From the NCBI GenBank assembly GCA_964653235.1, contig CAZZCP010000003.1, positions 34,547-67,650 of the forward strand: DNA of 33,104 nucleotides, given 5' to 3'. Made by a program: the position numbers and the translations under genes. This document shows positions 1-8,971 of the stretch, piece after piece. A model generated the notes under the pieces. It saw nothing but the letters and a program-made list of their open reading frames with translations, ran no database searches and was not told the DNA's origin. The stretch is from an uncultured Pseudobdellovibrionaceae bacterium (lineage in GTDB: Bacteria > Bdellovibrionota > Bdellovibrionia > Bdellovibrionales > UBA840). The first letter of the stretch is position 1. Each line of letters begins with the position of its first letter.

Positions 1-177
1 AGAAAGTAGAAAACTTAGTCTAAGGTATCACCTTCTTCGTTGCCTTCGCGGATCGACTTGTGCGGCATACATAGAGTATGCCTCCGCGTCTCTCGCTTGG
101 CGCCTTGAATCTAATACCTTAGAGAAAGTAGAAAACTTAGTCTAAGGTATCACCTTCTTCGTTGCCTTCGCGGATCG
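1..177. repeat. 55-bp exact direct repeat (1-55 and 123-177, period 122 bp) formed by a palindromic REP/RPE/MITE-like element plus a truncated second copy
   Basis: AGAAAGTAGA...TTCGCGGATCG occurs at 1-55 and 123-177; terminal inverted repeat TCTAAGGTAT (19-28) / ATACCTTAGA (114-123); central hairpin GGCATAC-ATAGA-GTATGCC (64-82). Confidence 0.8.
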
Positions 178-290
178 CATTAGTACAAGAAAAACTCTAG
201 CACCGCGCGTTGACTCTAGCAAGCACCAGCAAAAACACTTTGAATCATTTATAAGTTACTGTGTTGACTCTCTTTTTGACAATACAATAG

Positions 291-1343
<1,053 letters not shown>

Positions 1344-1346
1344 TCT

Positions 1347-1829
1347 ATGACAGAAGAGCAAGTAAAAGCGGTTGCCTTGTTCTTTCACTATTCTCTTATT
1401 GACGACCATCTGGCGTTTGAAGCATCGAAGAAATGTTTGCAAGAGTGTGCCAATAAACTCTCTGAAGAGACTGCTGAAGAAAAAAACCCTTGGGTAGTTA
1501 TCGTTTATCAATCGGTAAAGACATGGAAAAAATTTAAAAGCAATAAGATTAAACAAGTCTCGCAATCTCCAGATCAAAACGCAATTCCGATGACATTAGA
1601 GAAGAGTATTCAAGTGTCTGATAATATCGATCTTGGGCCTTGGTATGAACTATTGAAAAAAGCCAAGCCAGAAGAGTTTTTGTTAATCGTTTGGAATGTT
1701 ATCCTAAAAGTTCCTGAAGATGTACTGTCTCAGTCTCTAGGAATTAGCCAGGGTACGGTCAGGTTTCGAATTGCAAAGGGCCTTCGAATTCTTGGATCCA
1801 ATTTAAACCCCAAGGATATAGAGGCCTGA
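1347..1829 (+). CDS. Degenerate ECF-type sigma factor-like protein (sigma4 helix-turn-helix)
   Basis: C-terminal VPEDVLSQSLGISQGTVRFRIAKGLRIL matches the ECF sigma4 pattern (E-I-A-x-x-L-G-I-S-x-G-T-V-K-S-R-L-x-R-A); 160 aa; followed by an anti-sigma-like gene; region 2 poorly conserved. Confidence 0.65.
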   Translation: MTEEQVKAVALFFHYSLIDDHLAFEASKKCLQECANKLSEETAEEKNPWVVIVYQSVKTWKKFKSNKIKQVSQSPDQNAIPMTLEKSIQVSDNIDLGPWYELLKKAKPEEFLLIVWNVILKVPEDVLSQSLGISQGTVRFRIAKGLRILGSNLNPKDIEA

Positions 1830-2773
1830 TGGCTAAGATGAAGCTGAGCAAATTTATTTGTAAAGAACTCCTATATAATCATATTATTGGTGATTTAGAT
1901 CCTGATCGAAAAGCCAGTGTGGATGAGTTTTTAAATTCTGATGAGGAAATTCAAAGAGATTATAGAGAACTACAAGGCTCAATTCGATATTTAGAAAACT
2001 TGCAAAAATCAAAGCTTTCTGAGCCCTATGTCGAAAAGTTGATTCAAAGTTTAGATGGACCCAAAAACAACTTTGCGGCCAAAAAGTGGTTTCGGGCCAT
2101 TTCAGTTTTTGGTTTTATTGTATTTATTGCCTTTATATTATCTCAGGCTTTTCCAGAGCAGAATTTCAATACGCTTTTTTACAAAGAAAAAGAAAATATT
2201 GTGGTCATCAATATTCCTCCAAAAAATAGCAATCCAGAGCTGCTGGCGCAAAATTCCAAGCAAAATTCTAAGCCGATTAAAGAAGAACTCGTAGAGGATG
2301 ATGAGAACAATTCACCCGATCAGCAGAGCCCTAAAGAACAAATTGATATTCCTAAAACAAAGCTGGCAGCGAATACTGTGAAGTCTGCGCAAAAGGCAGA
2401 AGAGCCTAAACCGCAAAAAAATGAAGAGAAACTCTCTACCGGACTTCAGGGATTTGTATATCGTGCCTATATGAGTGTTGAAAACCATGAACAAGTAGCT
2501 GAAGAATTTACCGCAAAAATCAAAGAACTTGGAGGAGAAAAAGCCGGCACAGTTAGGTTAGGTTGGGTCAAACCCAATGGACGTCGCTATTATCACTTGG
2601 CCATGCAAAAGACCAATTTTGATACTCTAACCGATTTTTTTAGAAGCTATGGTAGCCTACATATCGTTAAAACACCTCATAGAAGAGTTATGCCTGAGGG
2701 GAGTTTTCGTCTGATTTTAGAACTAGAAGGGTCTGATAGTGCAAACAGCACAAAAGAAGCCGAAAAAAAATAA
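1829..2773 (+). CDS. Anti-sigma-factor-like single-pass membrane protein
   Basis: N-terminal ICKELLYNHIIGDLDPDRKASVDEFL resembles zf-HC2/ZAS anti-sigma domains; one TM helix (AISVFGFIVFIAFILSQAF); low-complexity linker; C-terminal ferredoxin-like pattern resembling DUF4349; TGATG overlap with upstream gene. Confidence 0.6.
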   Translation: MAKMKLSKFICKELLYNHIIGDLDPDRKASVDEFLNSDEEIQRDYRELQGSIRYLENLQKSKLSEPYVEKLIQSLDGPKNNFAAKKWFRAISVFGFIVFIAFILSQAFPEQNFNTLFYKEKENIVVINIPPKNSNPELLAQNSKQNSKPIKEELVEDDENNSPDQQSPKEQIDIPKTKLAANTVKSAQKAEEPKPQKNEEKLSTGLQGFVYRAYMSVENHEQVAEEFTAKIKELGGEKAGTVRLGWVKPNGRRYYHLAMQKTNFDTLTDFFRSYGSLHIVKTPHRRVMPEGSFRLILELEGSDSANSTKEAEKK

Positions 2774-4631
2774 GAACTTTAAAAGCTCAATGGGCATTGC
2801 GATTGCTCTTAGTTTTTTATTTTTTACCAGTATCCCCTTAGTATTGATATCTTTCTACGCTTTGAATCTTTTCAGCAAAAACACGCAAGAAGAAGTACGA
2901 TCAAAATTGCTTCAAAGTTCATCTATTTTACAGATTGAAATCAATGATACACAAAAATACTATCGCGCATCTACCTTAGATTGGAGTGGAGATCGGCGCT
3001 TAAAGTACTTCATCTCCTCTAGAGCGAATGAAATACATTCATTGATTCAAAGGTGGATGAGCACTCCTGGAGTAGATCGAATTCGTGTTTACGATAGAAG
3101 AAGAAATATTTTGAGTTCATTTTTAAAAAGAGGTAAGGGAATTTTTCGCGAATATGAATTCTCGCAAGAAGCCCATTTGCAGCTACCTCAAAAACTGAAC
3201 AAAAGTTTTTTTTACTATTATAAAATGTCTTTTGAAAAAGATCTTTGGCTACACAACTTAATGCCAATTTTGGGTGAAAACAATGTATTGCTTGGTTATT
3301 TGCAAGTCTTGCATCGAGTTCCAAAGTCTTTTTGGCAAGAACTTGCGACAAAAAATAAACTTGAAATAGCTATTAATGACAAGCAAAACACTTGGTCGAG
3401 CAACGACAAGCTCGAAGAGCTTCCTTGGCAGAGTTTAGAAAAAACAAAATTAGAGCAAGTTGAGCTTTTGCAAGAAAGCTTTGCATTTGGCATTATAAAC
3501 TTACCACAAGACAAAAGCAAAATTCAGATTGCTTATGGAATTTCAATAGAGAGTGCAGTCGGTAGAGAGCGAAAGTTAAGGGGGGCCATGATCACTGCTC
3601 TTTTTATATTTCTAGCCCTACTTTATCCGATCTTCTTGTTTGTTTCGATTAGACTATTGAAACCTTTGCGAAGATTGGCTGAAGCTAGCCAAAACTTAAG
3701 CATTCAGGCTACAGAAGTTGCACTTCCAGTACGTGGAAATGATGAAGTTGCATTGTTAACTCATAACTTCAATGAGATGAGCCGTAAACTTTCAAAAACT
3801 CAATCCGAATTAAAACAAAAACTTCAAGAGCTTGAAAAGAGCAACCAGAACCTGCAAGAGACTCAGGCCAGTCTCATTCAGTCAGCAAAAATGGCAGGTC
3901 TTGGTCAATTGGTTGCCGGAGTAGCCCACGAGCTCAATAATCCGATTTCATTCATATATAGTAATACTCAACAGCTAGAAGAGTACCTGAACACACTAAT
4001 GCAACTTGCTGAGAACTCTCCTCAAAAAGCTCAAATGGAAGATTGGGAATATCTAAAAAAAGACATCCCTAAGTTGGTTGATGCTTTTCGTGACGGAGCA
4101 CAAAGAACCAGTGAAATCGTAAAAAACTTGCAGAGCTTTGCAAGAAAAGAAAACGATCATTGGGAGCAAGTCGATTTACAAGAGTTGGTTGAAAACTCAT
4201 TAAAGCTCTTGGATAGCCAAATCAAGAACCGTGTTTCAATTCACCTTGATTTTCAATTTCAGCAAAAGATCTATTGTAACCGAAATCAAATCAATCAAGT
4301 CATTATGAATCTTTTAACCAATGCTAGCCAAGCCATAGAAGATAAAGGCAAAATTTTTATTCGTAGTCGTAAAGAAAAGAACTTTTACATGCTTGAGGTT
4401 GAAGACACCGGAAGAGGCATGGATTTAGGAACCCAAGAGCGAGTCTTTGATCCTTTCTTTACCACGAAGGAAGTCGGGCAAGGCACGGGGCTTGGCTTGA
4501 GTGTAAGTTACAACATCATCGAAAAGCACAATGGTATCATTCGAGTTCAATCTCAAGTTGGTAAGGGAAGTCTATTTCAGGTGTTATTGCCAATTACAAG
4601 TGAACAAAATATGAATAGTGTTTCGAATTGA
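2739..4631 (+). CDS. Membrane sensor histidine kinase (TM-periplasmic-TM-HAMP-HisKA-HATPase, NtrB/ZraS-like); start may be ATG 2790
   Basis: Two TM helices, HAMP (KPLRRL...DEVALLTHNFNEM), H-box VAHELNNP, N-box QVIMNLLTNA, G1 DTGRGM, F-box FDPFFTTK, G2 GTGLGL. Confidence 0.95.
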   Translation: MQTAQKKPKKNKNFKSSMGIAIALSFLFFTSIPLVLISFYALNLFSKNTQEEVRSKLLQSSSILQIEINDTQKYYRASTLDWSGDRRLKYFISSRANEIHSLIQRWMSTPGVDRIRVYDRRRNILSSFLKRGKGIFREYEFSQEAHLQLPQKLNKSFFYYYKMSFEKDLWLHNLMPILGENNVLLGYLQVLHRVPKSFWQELATKNKLEIAINDKQNTWSSNDKLEELPWQSLEKTKLEQVELLQESFAFGIINLPQDKSKIQIAYGISIESAVGRERKLRGAMITALFIFLALLYPIFLFVSIRLLKPLRRLAEASQNLSIQATEVALPVRGNDEVALLTHNFNEMSRKLSKTQSELKQKLQELEKSNQNLQETQASLIQSAKMAGLGQLVAGVAHELNNPISFIYSNTQQLEEYLNTLMQLAENSPQKAQMEDWEYLKKDIPKLVDAFRDGAQRTSEIVKNLQSFARKENDHWEQVDLQELVENSLKLLDSQIKNRVSIHLDFQFQQKIYCNRNQINQVIMNLLTNASQAIEDKGKIFIRSRKEKNFYMLEVEDTGRGMDLGTQERVFDPFFTTKEVGQGTGLGLSVSYNIIEKHNGIIRVQSQVGKGSLFQVLLPITSEQNMNSVSN

Positions 4632-4634
4632 GAC
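4620..4634. promoter_or_regulatory. GTCTCA-N3-TGAGAC-like palindromic site
   Basis: GTTTCG-AAT-TGAGAC about 50 bp upstream of a sigma54 promoter; same 6-3-6 pattern at 8321, 32687 and 32726. Confidence 0.4.
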
Positions 4635-4683
4635 GCTCTTAGATGCAACTCACTTATTTTAAAGCTTTTTTGGTAAATTCATT

Positions 4684-4700
4684 TTGGCCTAAGATTTGCT
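4684..4700 (+). promoter_or_regulatory. Putative sigma54 (-24/-12) promoter
   Basis: TTGGCCTAAGATTTGCT: GG-N10-GC with TGGC and TTGCT, followed by GAGGGG RBS and ATG at 4725. Confidence 0.65.
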
Positions 4701-4724
4701 TATTTATAATATAGAGGGGAAATC

Positions 4725-5207
4725 ATGAAATTTGCAGGATTCATTTTTTTAGGCTTAATTGCATCGTTTCATCAGTCTTATGGTGAAGACTCTGAGGTGT
4801 TGGCCAATAAAATCATCAATTCCCATTATCAAGCTGTAGATGTAAATAATCAGCTTGATCAGCGAAGAGTAGAGATTGAGAATCAAAAAACTTTACTCGA
4901 GAATGATCTTTCCTCACAAAAGCTTCATAAAAATGCCTATGGTGGTGCCGAAACTTACGGAATAATCCAAGCCGAAAGTCAGCCTTTTTCTGATAGTGAT
5001 CCCGATTTGTACGAAAATTCGACCTTTGAAAGTATTGATTACCAACTCTATCAAGAGAGAAAACAAGCTGCCGCAGTGAAAGCATATGATGAAAAAGTAA
5101 AACGAGAGTACATCGAAAACTTTAAAGAAAATGCTCGGCAACAAGGTTATGAAGTTGTTATTGATGATGACTTAGTGGTTCAAGAGTATCGAAAAATCAA
5201 AGACTAG
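4725..5207 (+). CDS. Hypothetical secreted protein
   Basis: Sec-type signal peptide MKFAGFIFLGLIASFHQSYG, strong RBS GAGGGG, no recognisable domain. Confidence 0.8.
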   Translation: MKFAGFIFLGLIASFHQSYGEDSEVLANKIINSHYQAVDVNNQLDQRRVEIENQKTLLENDLSSQKLHKNAYGGAETYGIIQAESQPFSDSDPDLYENSTFESIDYQLYQERKQAAAVKAYDEKVKREYIENFKENARQQGYEVVIDDDLVVQEYRKIKD

Positions 5208-5558
5208 TGATTCTAATCGAAAACTAAAAAACTCCTCTTCATAAAAAATCCAGTGATCCCAAAATTCAAAAGGACTGCTTTTTAGACTTTCAACTAGTTG
5301 TCGCGTCATTTCGACATCTTTTTTCGAGGGATAGACACCTCCATCTATATGGTTGTGAAGCAAGATAAATGATTTAGCATTTTGAGATGTCAAAAAAAAT
5401 ATGAGCGAGGAGAGCTGAAAACAGCATTGGTATCTGTCACCTTCAGCAATTTTCTGAGTCTTTATGTGATGGTAGTTTTTATCAAGAGCAATGGCCCAGA
5501 CTTGTTCTACCTTACTGTAAAATATATCTTTGTAGCTTGATTTCCAAAGTGCAGGCAT
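5172..5558 (-). CDS. Stand-alone RadC-like JAB/MPN domain protein
   Basis: E...ALDKN, ILLHNHIDGGVYPSKKD (HxH-x7-S-x2-D JAB motif), MTRQL and DHWIF as in RadC C-terminal domains; lacks the N-terminal HhH region. Confidence 0.85.
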   Translation of the reverse strand: MPALWKSSYKDIFYSKVEQVWAIALDKNYHHIKTQKIAEGDRYQCCFQLSSLIFFLTSQNAKSFILLHNHIDGGVYPSKKDVEMTRQLVESLKSSPFEFWDHWIFYEEEFFSFRLESLVFDFSILLNH

Positions 5559-5705
5559 GTGACGATAAATGGCAAAAAAAAGGCCAAGCTCATCTCGCTC
5601 ACATTAGACTTTTACGTCCGATTATAGTTTTTGCTGTGCGCAAAGGGATGAAATCCGAAAATGAGCGATATTATGATAGGTAGATATCTTTTTTAGGAGA
5701 CGAAT

Positions 5706-6296
5706 ATGAAAAGTATAATTTTATTAATATCGATGATTTTTGTTTTGAGCTCTTGTGGTCCTAGAGCTTTTACAAAAGGTGAGTATGATAATGTACAAAA
5801 TGAAAACAATTTGAATGACCGTTGGTCAGAGACTGACATGCAAAAAGTTGTGGCCAACTTGGTCGGCAAAATGACGAATCACTATTCGATTGCCCGCAAA
5901 AAAAAGCCGCCTATTGTAATTGTGACGAAATTACAGAATAAAACCAGAGAACACATCGACACTCAAAGCATTATGGATATGGTTAAAATTGAGTTAATGA
6001 ACTCAGGTAAAGTACAATTTGTTGATAAAGAAGCTCGTGAAGATATTAAAGACGAATATGATTATCAGGGTTCAGGCATTGTTGCTGAAGGAACCGCCAA
6101 GGCTGGTGGCGGCCAAGTTGGAGCGGACTTTATTCTCAATGGTCGACTAGATTCTATTGTTCAAGAAGTCGGTAAAGACAAAACAGTTTACTATAAAGTT
6201 ACCCTCAACTTAACCAACTTAAAAACTGGTTTAATCGTATGGGGTGGCCAAGAGCAACTTAGAAAAGCCTATCGCAAAAGACGTGTAGGTCTATAA
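5706..6296 (+). CDS. lpoB: LpoB-like lipoprotein (penicillin-binding protein activator family)
   Basis: Lipobox LSSC; WSETDMQ, QNKTREHIDT, SGKVQFVD, GADFILNG, NLKTGLIVW motifs typical of LpoB/CsgG-like family; RBS AGGAG. Confidence 0.75.
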   Translation: MKSIILLISMIFVLSSCGPRAFTKGEYDNVQNENNLNDRWSETDMQKVVANLVGKMTNHYSIARKKKPPIVIVTKLQNKTREHIDTQSIMDMVKIELMNSGKVQFVDKEAREDIKDEYDYQGSGIVAEGTAKAGGGQVGADFILNGRLDSIVQEVGKDKTVYYKVTLNLTNLKTGLIVWGGQEQLRKAYRKRRVGL

Positions 6297-6299
6297 TTT

Positions 6300-7526
6300 A
6301 TGCTGCAAAGATTTGCTCTTTGCTCCCTTTTATTATTGTTTGCGGCTTGTGCAAGCTACCAAAAGCAGCTGGCCAAGTCACAAAATCTTGCTAAGCAAGG
6401 CAAATATCTTGAGGCAGCAAATGAAATTAAAGAAAAAGCTTTAAAAGATGGAGACGATCAACTCGTCTACTTGCTTGATTATGGCACTTTCTTGCACATG
6501 GCTGGGCTCTATGACCAATCCAACCAAGCATTTTTAAAGGCCAATGATATTGCCGATATAAAAGATTACACCAGCTTGTCTAGAGAAGCTGGTTCGATTC
6601 TCTTAAACGAGGGTTTAGTTCAGTACAAGGGCGATGATTACGAAAAAGTGCTCATCAATGCTTATCTTGCCATGAATTTTTTAATGATGGGGCAGTTTGA
6701 GTCGGCACAAGTCGAGGCCAGAAGGCTCAATGACAAACTCTACAAATTTCGTTACGAGGGCAAAAAAAAGTACGATCAAAACCCATTCGCTTTTTACCTT
6801 TCGGCAATGATTTGGGAGTACTCAAGAGAGTATGACTCCGCTTACATTGACTATGAAAGAGCCTACAATCTCAATCCTAGTATACCCATGCTTAAAGAAG
6901 ATCTGGTTCGTTCAGCCTATCTCTCAAGACGGGGGGATATGCTCAAAAAATGGAGAAAAGCTTTTCCGAAGGTAAAATTTGAACCTCAAAAATGGAAAAA
7001 AAGAGAATACGGCGAAATTATCGTTCTTTACCAACAAGGGAGAGGGCCTCAAAAAAGACCGAATCCATCTTTTAAAAAGGTTCCTAAACTTTATCCAAGG
7101 TTGAACCGAGGTGTTGCCGCTGAAATGAAAATCAATGGAAAAACACATAAGTCGCAGCAGGTTTATGATTTGCAGACAGTTGCAATCAAAACTTTGGATG
7201 ATCAGTACTCGGCACTTGTTGCGAAACGAGTTGCAGGTATTGCCGCCAAAGCCGTAATTGCCAATCAAATTAAAAAAGAAAATCAACTTTTAGGTCAACT
7301 TGCTTGGATCGGTATGAATATGGCTGATGTTGCTGACCTTCGCCAGTGGACGACATTGCCTCAGAGTATTCATGTTTTGAGGGTTCCTGTACCGAAAGGT
7401 GAGTATGACTTTGTTTTGCGTGCCGTAGATGCTGCGAATCGACCTACTGGTGAGTCAAAATCTTTTTCAAATGTAAAAGTGGCCCGGGGCAAGCCAACTT
7501 TCTTGCTTTGGAGGAGTTTCAAATAA
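6300..7526 (+). CDS. COG3014-like TPR lipoprotein
   Basis: Lipobox FAAC; YKGDDYEKVLINAYLAMNFL, AQVEARR, ADLRQWTTLP motifs; usual neighbour of lpoB-like genes. Confidence 0.8.
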   Translation: MLQRFALCSLLLLFAACASYQKQLAKSQNLAKQGKYLEAANEIKEKALKDGDDQLVYLLDYGTFLHMAGLYDQSNQAFLKANDIADIKDYTSLSREAGSILLNEGLVQYKGDDYEKVLINAYLAMNFLMMGQFESAQVEARRLNDKLYKFRYEGKKKYDQNPFAFYLSAMIWEYSREYDSAYIDYERAYNLNPSIPMLKEDLVRSAYLSRRGDMLKKWRKAFPKVKFEPQKWKKREYGEIIVLYQQGRGPQKRPNPSFKKVPKLYPRLNRGVAAEMKINGKTHKSQQVYDLQTVAIKTLDDQYSALVAKRVAGIAAKAVIANQIKKENQLLGQLAWIGMNMADVADLRQWTTLPQSIHVLRVPVPKGEYDFVLRAVDAANRPTGESKSFSNVKVARGKPTFLLWRSFK

Positions 7527-7547
7527 AAAACCCCGCATCAAGCGAGG
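7525..7547 (-). terminator. Rho-independent terminator for the phaR-like gene
   Basis: Minus strand CCTCGC-TTGAT-GCGGGG followed by TTTTTT, between convergent genes. Confidence 0.65.
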
Positions 7548-7577
7548 CCATCCTAAATTAAGAGATTTTAAAAATTC

Positions 7578-8126
7578 TTAGATGTTGAAATTACGATTGT
7601 TGTTTGAGTTCGGAAGCTCAGGAGTTACGTCATCGTTCTCAAGATAGTTATCTGACTCAGAGGACTCGGAAGAACTAGCTGCATTGCCAATTCTTTGATC
7701 GAGCTTGGATTTTGCGTCATCATAAGAGGCAGATTTATTGGTGTTTGGCTCAACAATGGCAGGTTGGTCAGAAATTGTTGTTTTATGAGAAGCAGGAAAA
7801 GCACCGAGTTTGGCAAGATAGGCTGAAATGCTTCCATCTTGGTTTTGAATCACTTCACGCAAAGTGTAAAGTGGTGCGTAAGACCCAGATTTCTTTTCAG
7901 CTTCGAAGATAATTTGCGTCAAGGTCGCTGCGGTAATGTCTCTTTTGGTTTTGTTGTCGACAACCATTACCTCTTCGGTGTTGCGAATCATCTTGGCTAT
8001 GTCATCTAAGGTAACATAACAAGATTGTTGAGTGTCATAGAGCTTGCGGTTTTGGTATCTCTTAATAATTTTTACTTTACTGTTATTTTTCGAAGTAGTG
8101 CTGATAGATGGGTTTTGAATGTTCAA
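7578..8126 (-). CDS. PhaR/PHB_acc_N-family DNA-binding regulator with disordered C-terminal tail
   Basis: IIKRYQNRKLYDTQQSCYVTLDDIAKMI...VVDNKTKRDITAATLTQIIFE is the PHB accumulation regulator N-domain signature; TTG start with GGAGG RBS. Confidence 0.88.
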   Translation of the reverse strand: MNIQNPSISTTSKNNSKVKIIKRYQNRKLYDTQQSCYVTLDDIAKMIRNTEEVMVVDNKTKRDITAATLTQIIFEAEKKSGSYAPLYTLREVIQNQDGSISAYLAKLGAFPASHKTTISDQPAIVEPNTNKSASYDDAKSKLDQRIGNAASSSESSESDNYLENDDVTPELPNSNNNRNFNI

Positions 8127-8320
8127 GTAGGACCTCCCCTGCTCTTACCAAATTTCGGCGGCAGTGTACGTTACAAATTTCTCTCTTTCGTCAATAAACA
8201 CAGCAATTTAGCCTTATCTAGACGATATTTTTCCTAACGAAGGGCAAAATAGGCAGAACGCCACAGGATGTCAAGGGCTGAATAGCCAGTGAAACGTGCA
8301 GTAACGCAATGCACACCTAC

Positions 8321-8335
8321 GTCTACACTTGAGAC
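8321..8335. promoter_or_regulatory. GTCTCA-N3-TGAGAC-like palindromic site
   Basis: GTCTAC-ACT-TGAGAC in the divergent intergenic region, about 30 bp upstream of a sigma28-like promoter. Confidence 0.4.
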
Positions 8336-8367
8336 ATTCTAAGTCACTGAAAAGGTTAAGAATTCTC

Positions 8368-8395
8368 TAAAGAAATAAAAAGAACCGGCCGATAG
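8368..8395 (+). promoter_or_regulatory. Putative sigma28 (FliA/SigD) promoter
   Basis: TAAA(G)-N16-GCCGATAG versus consensus TAAA-N15/16-GCCGATAA, 50 bp upstream of ATG 8446. Confidence 0.65.
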
Positions 8396-8445
8396 TCTAG
8401 AAAATACTCAGAAAAAGCAAAGTCTAAAAAAAGGGGAAAAGTTAC

Positions 8446-8898
8446 ATGAATAGCCAGTCAAATCAAAGTTTTAGCTCTTTTGACCTGGTTACAATGTTAG
8501 CGGCAATTGTCGCTATTTTTGTGATTACTGGACCTATTCTGTACAATCAATCCGATGAAGAAAATCGCCAAAAAGCACAGCAAGAAGCCCTAATCATCTC
8601 AAAACAGATTCAAGATCAGCTTAAGGTGCAAATCAGTTCGAACCAGCAAGAGACTAGCCAAGGTCGAGAAATCGCCTCTGATGAGCCCATCAATTGGGAG
8701 GGGATTGTGGGACAAGACCCTTGGGGACAACCATACCATTATCGAACAATCCGCAATGCCTATGGTTTACCAACACATTTGATCGTTTGGTCCAAAGGAC
8801 CCAATGCATACCAAGATACGAAAGTTTCAGTGCTGAACAACACCAAGGACTTGGTTTTTGAAGGAGACGATATTGGCTCCTTCTACAGCCTTCGTTAG
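8446..8898 (+). CDS. GspG-like type II secretion pseudopilin / type IV pilin-like protein
   Basis: N-terminal hydrophobic helix; DPWGQPYHY, IVWSKGPN and GDDI motifs of the T2SSG C-terminal domain; non-canonical prepilin site. Confidence 0.75.
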   Translation: MNSQSNQSFSSFDLVTMLAAIVAIFVITGPILYNQSDEENRQKAQQEALIISKQIQDQLKVQISSNQQETSQGREIASDEPINWEGIVGQDPWGQPYHYRTIRNAYGLPTHLIVWSKGPNAYQDTKVSVLNNTKDLVFEGDDIGSFYSLR

Positions 8899-8971
8899 CC
8901 AAAAGGTCGAGGTCTAGATTTCTTATCTGTGTTTTAGTCCGCCATCGAAGACTCCGAGTAAATTTTAAGGA

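Noticed and set aside
1-177. CRISPR array
   Set aside because: Only two copies, 55-bp repeat and 67-bp gap are outside normal sizes, the gap is itself part of a palindrome, and no cas genes are present
5559-5593. Phase-variable frameshift via the T8 tract upstream of the radC-like gene (out-of-frame ATG at 5593)
   Set aside because: The JAB domain looks complete from ATG 5558 and A/T8 runs are common in this AT-rich sequence
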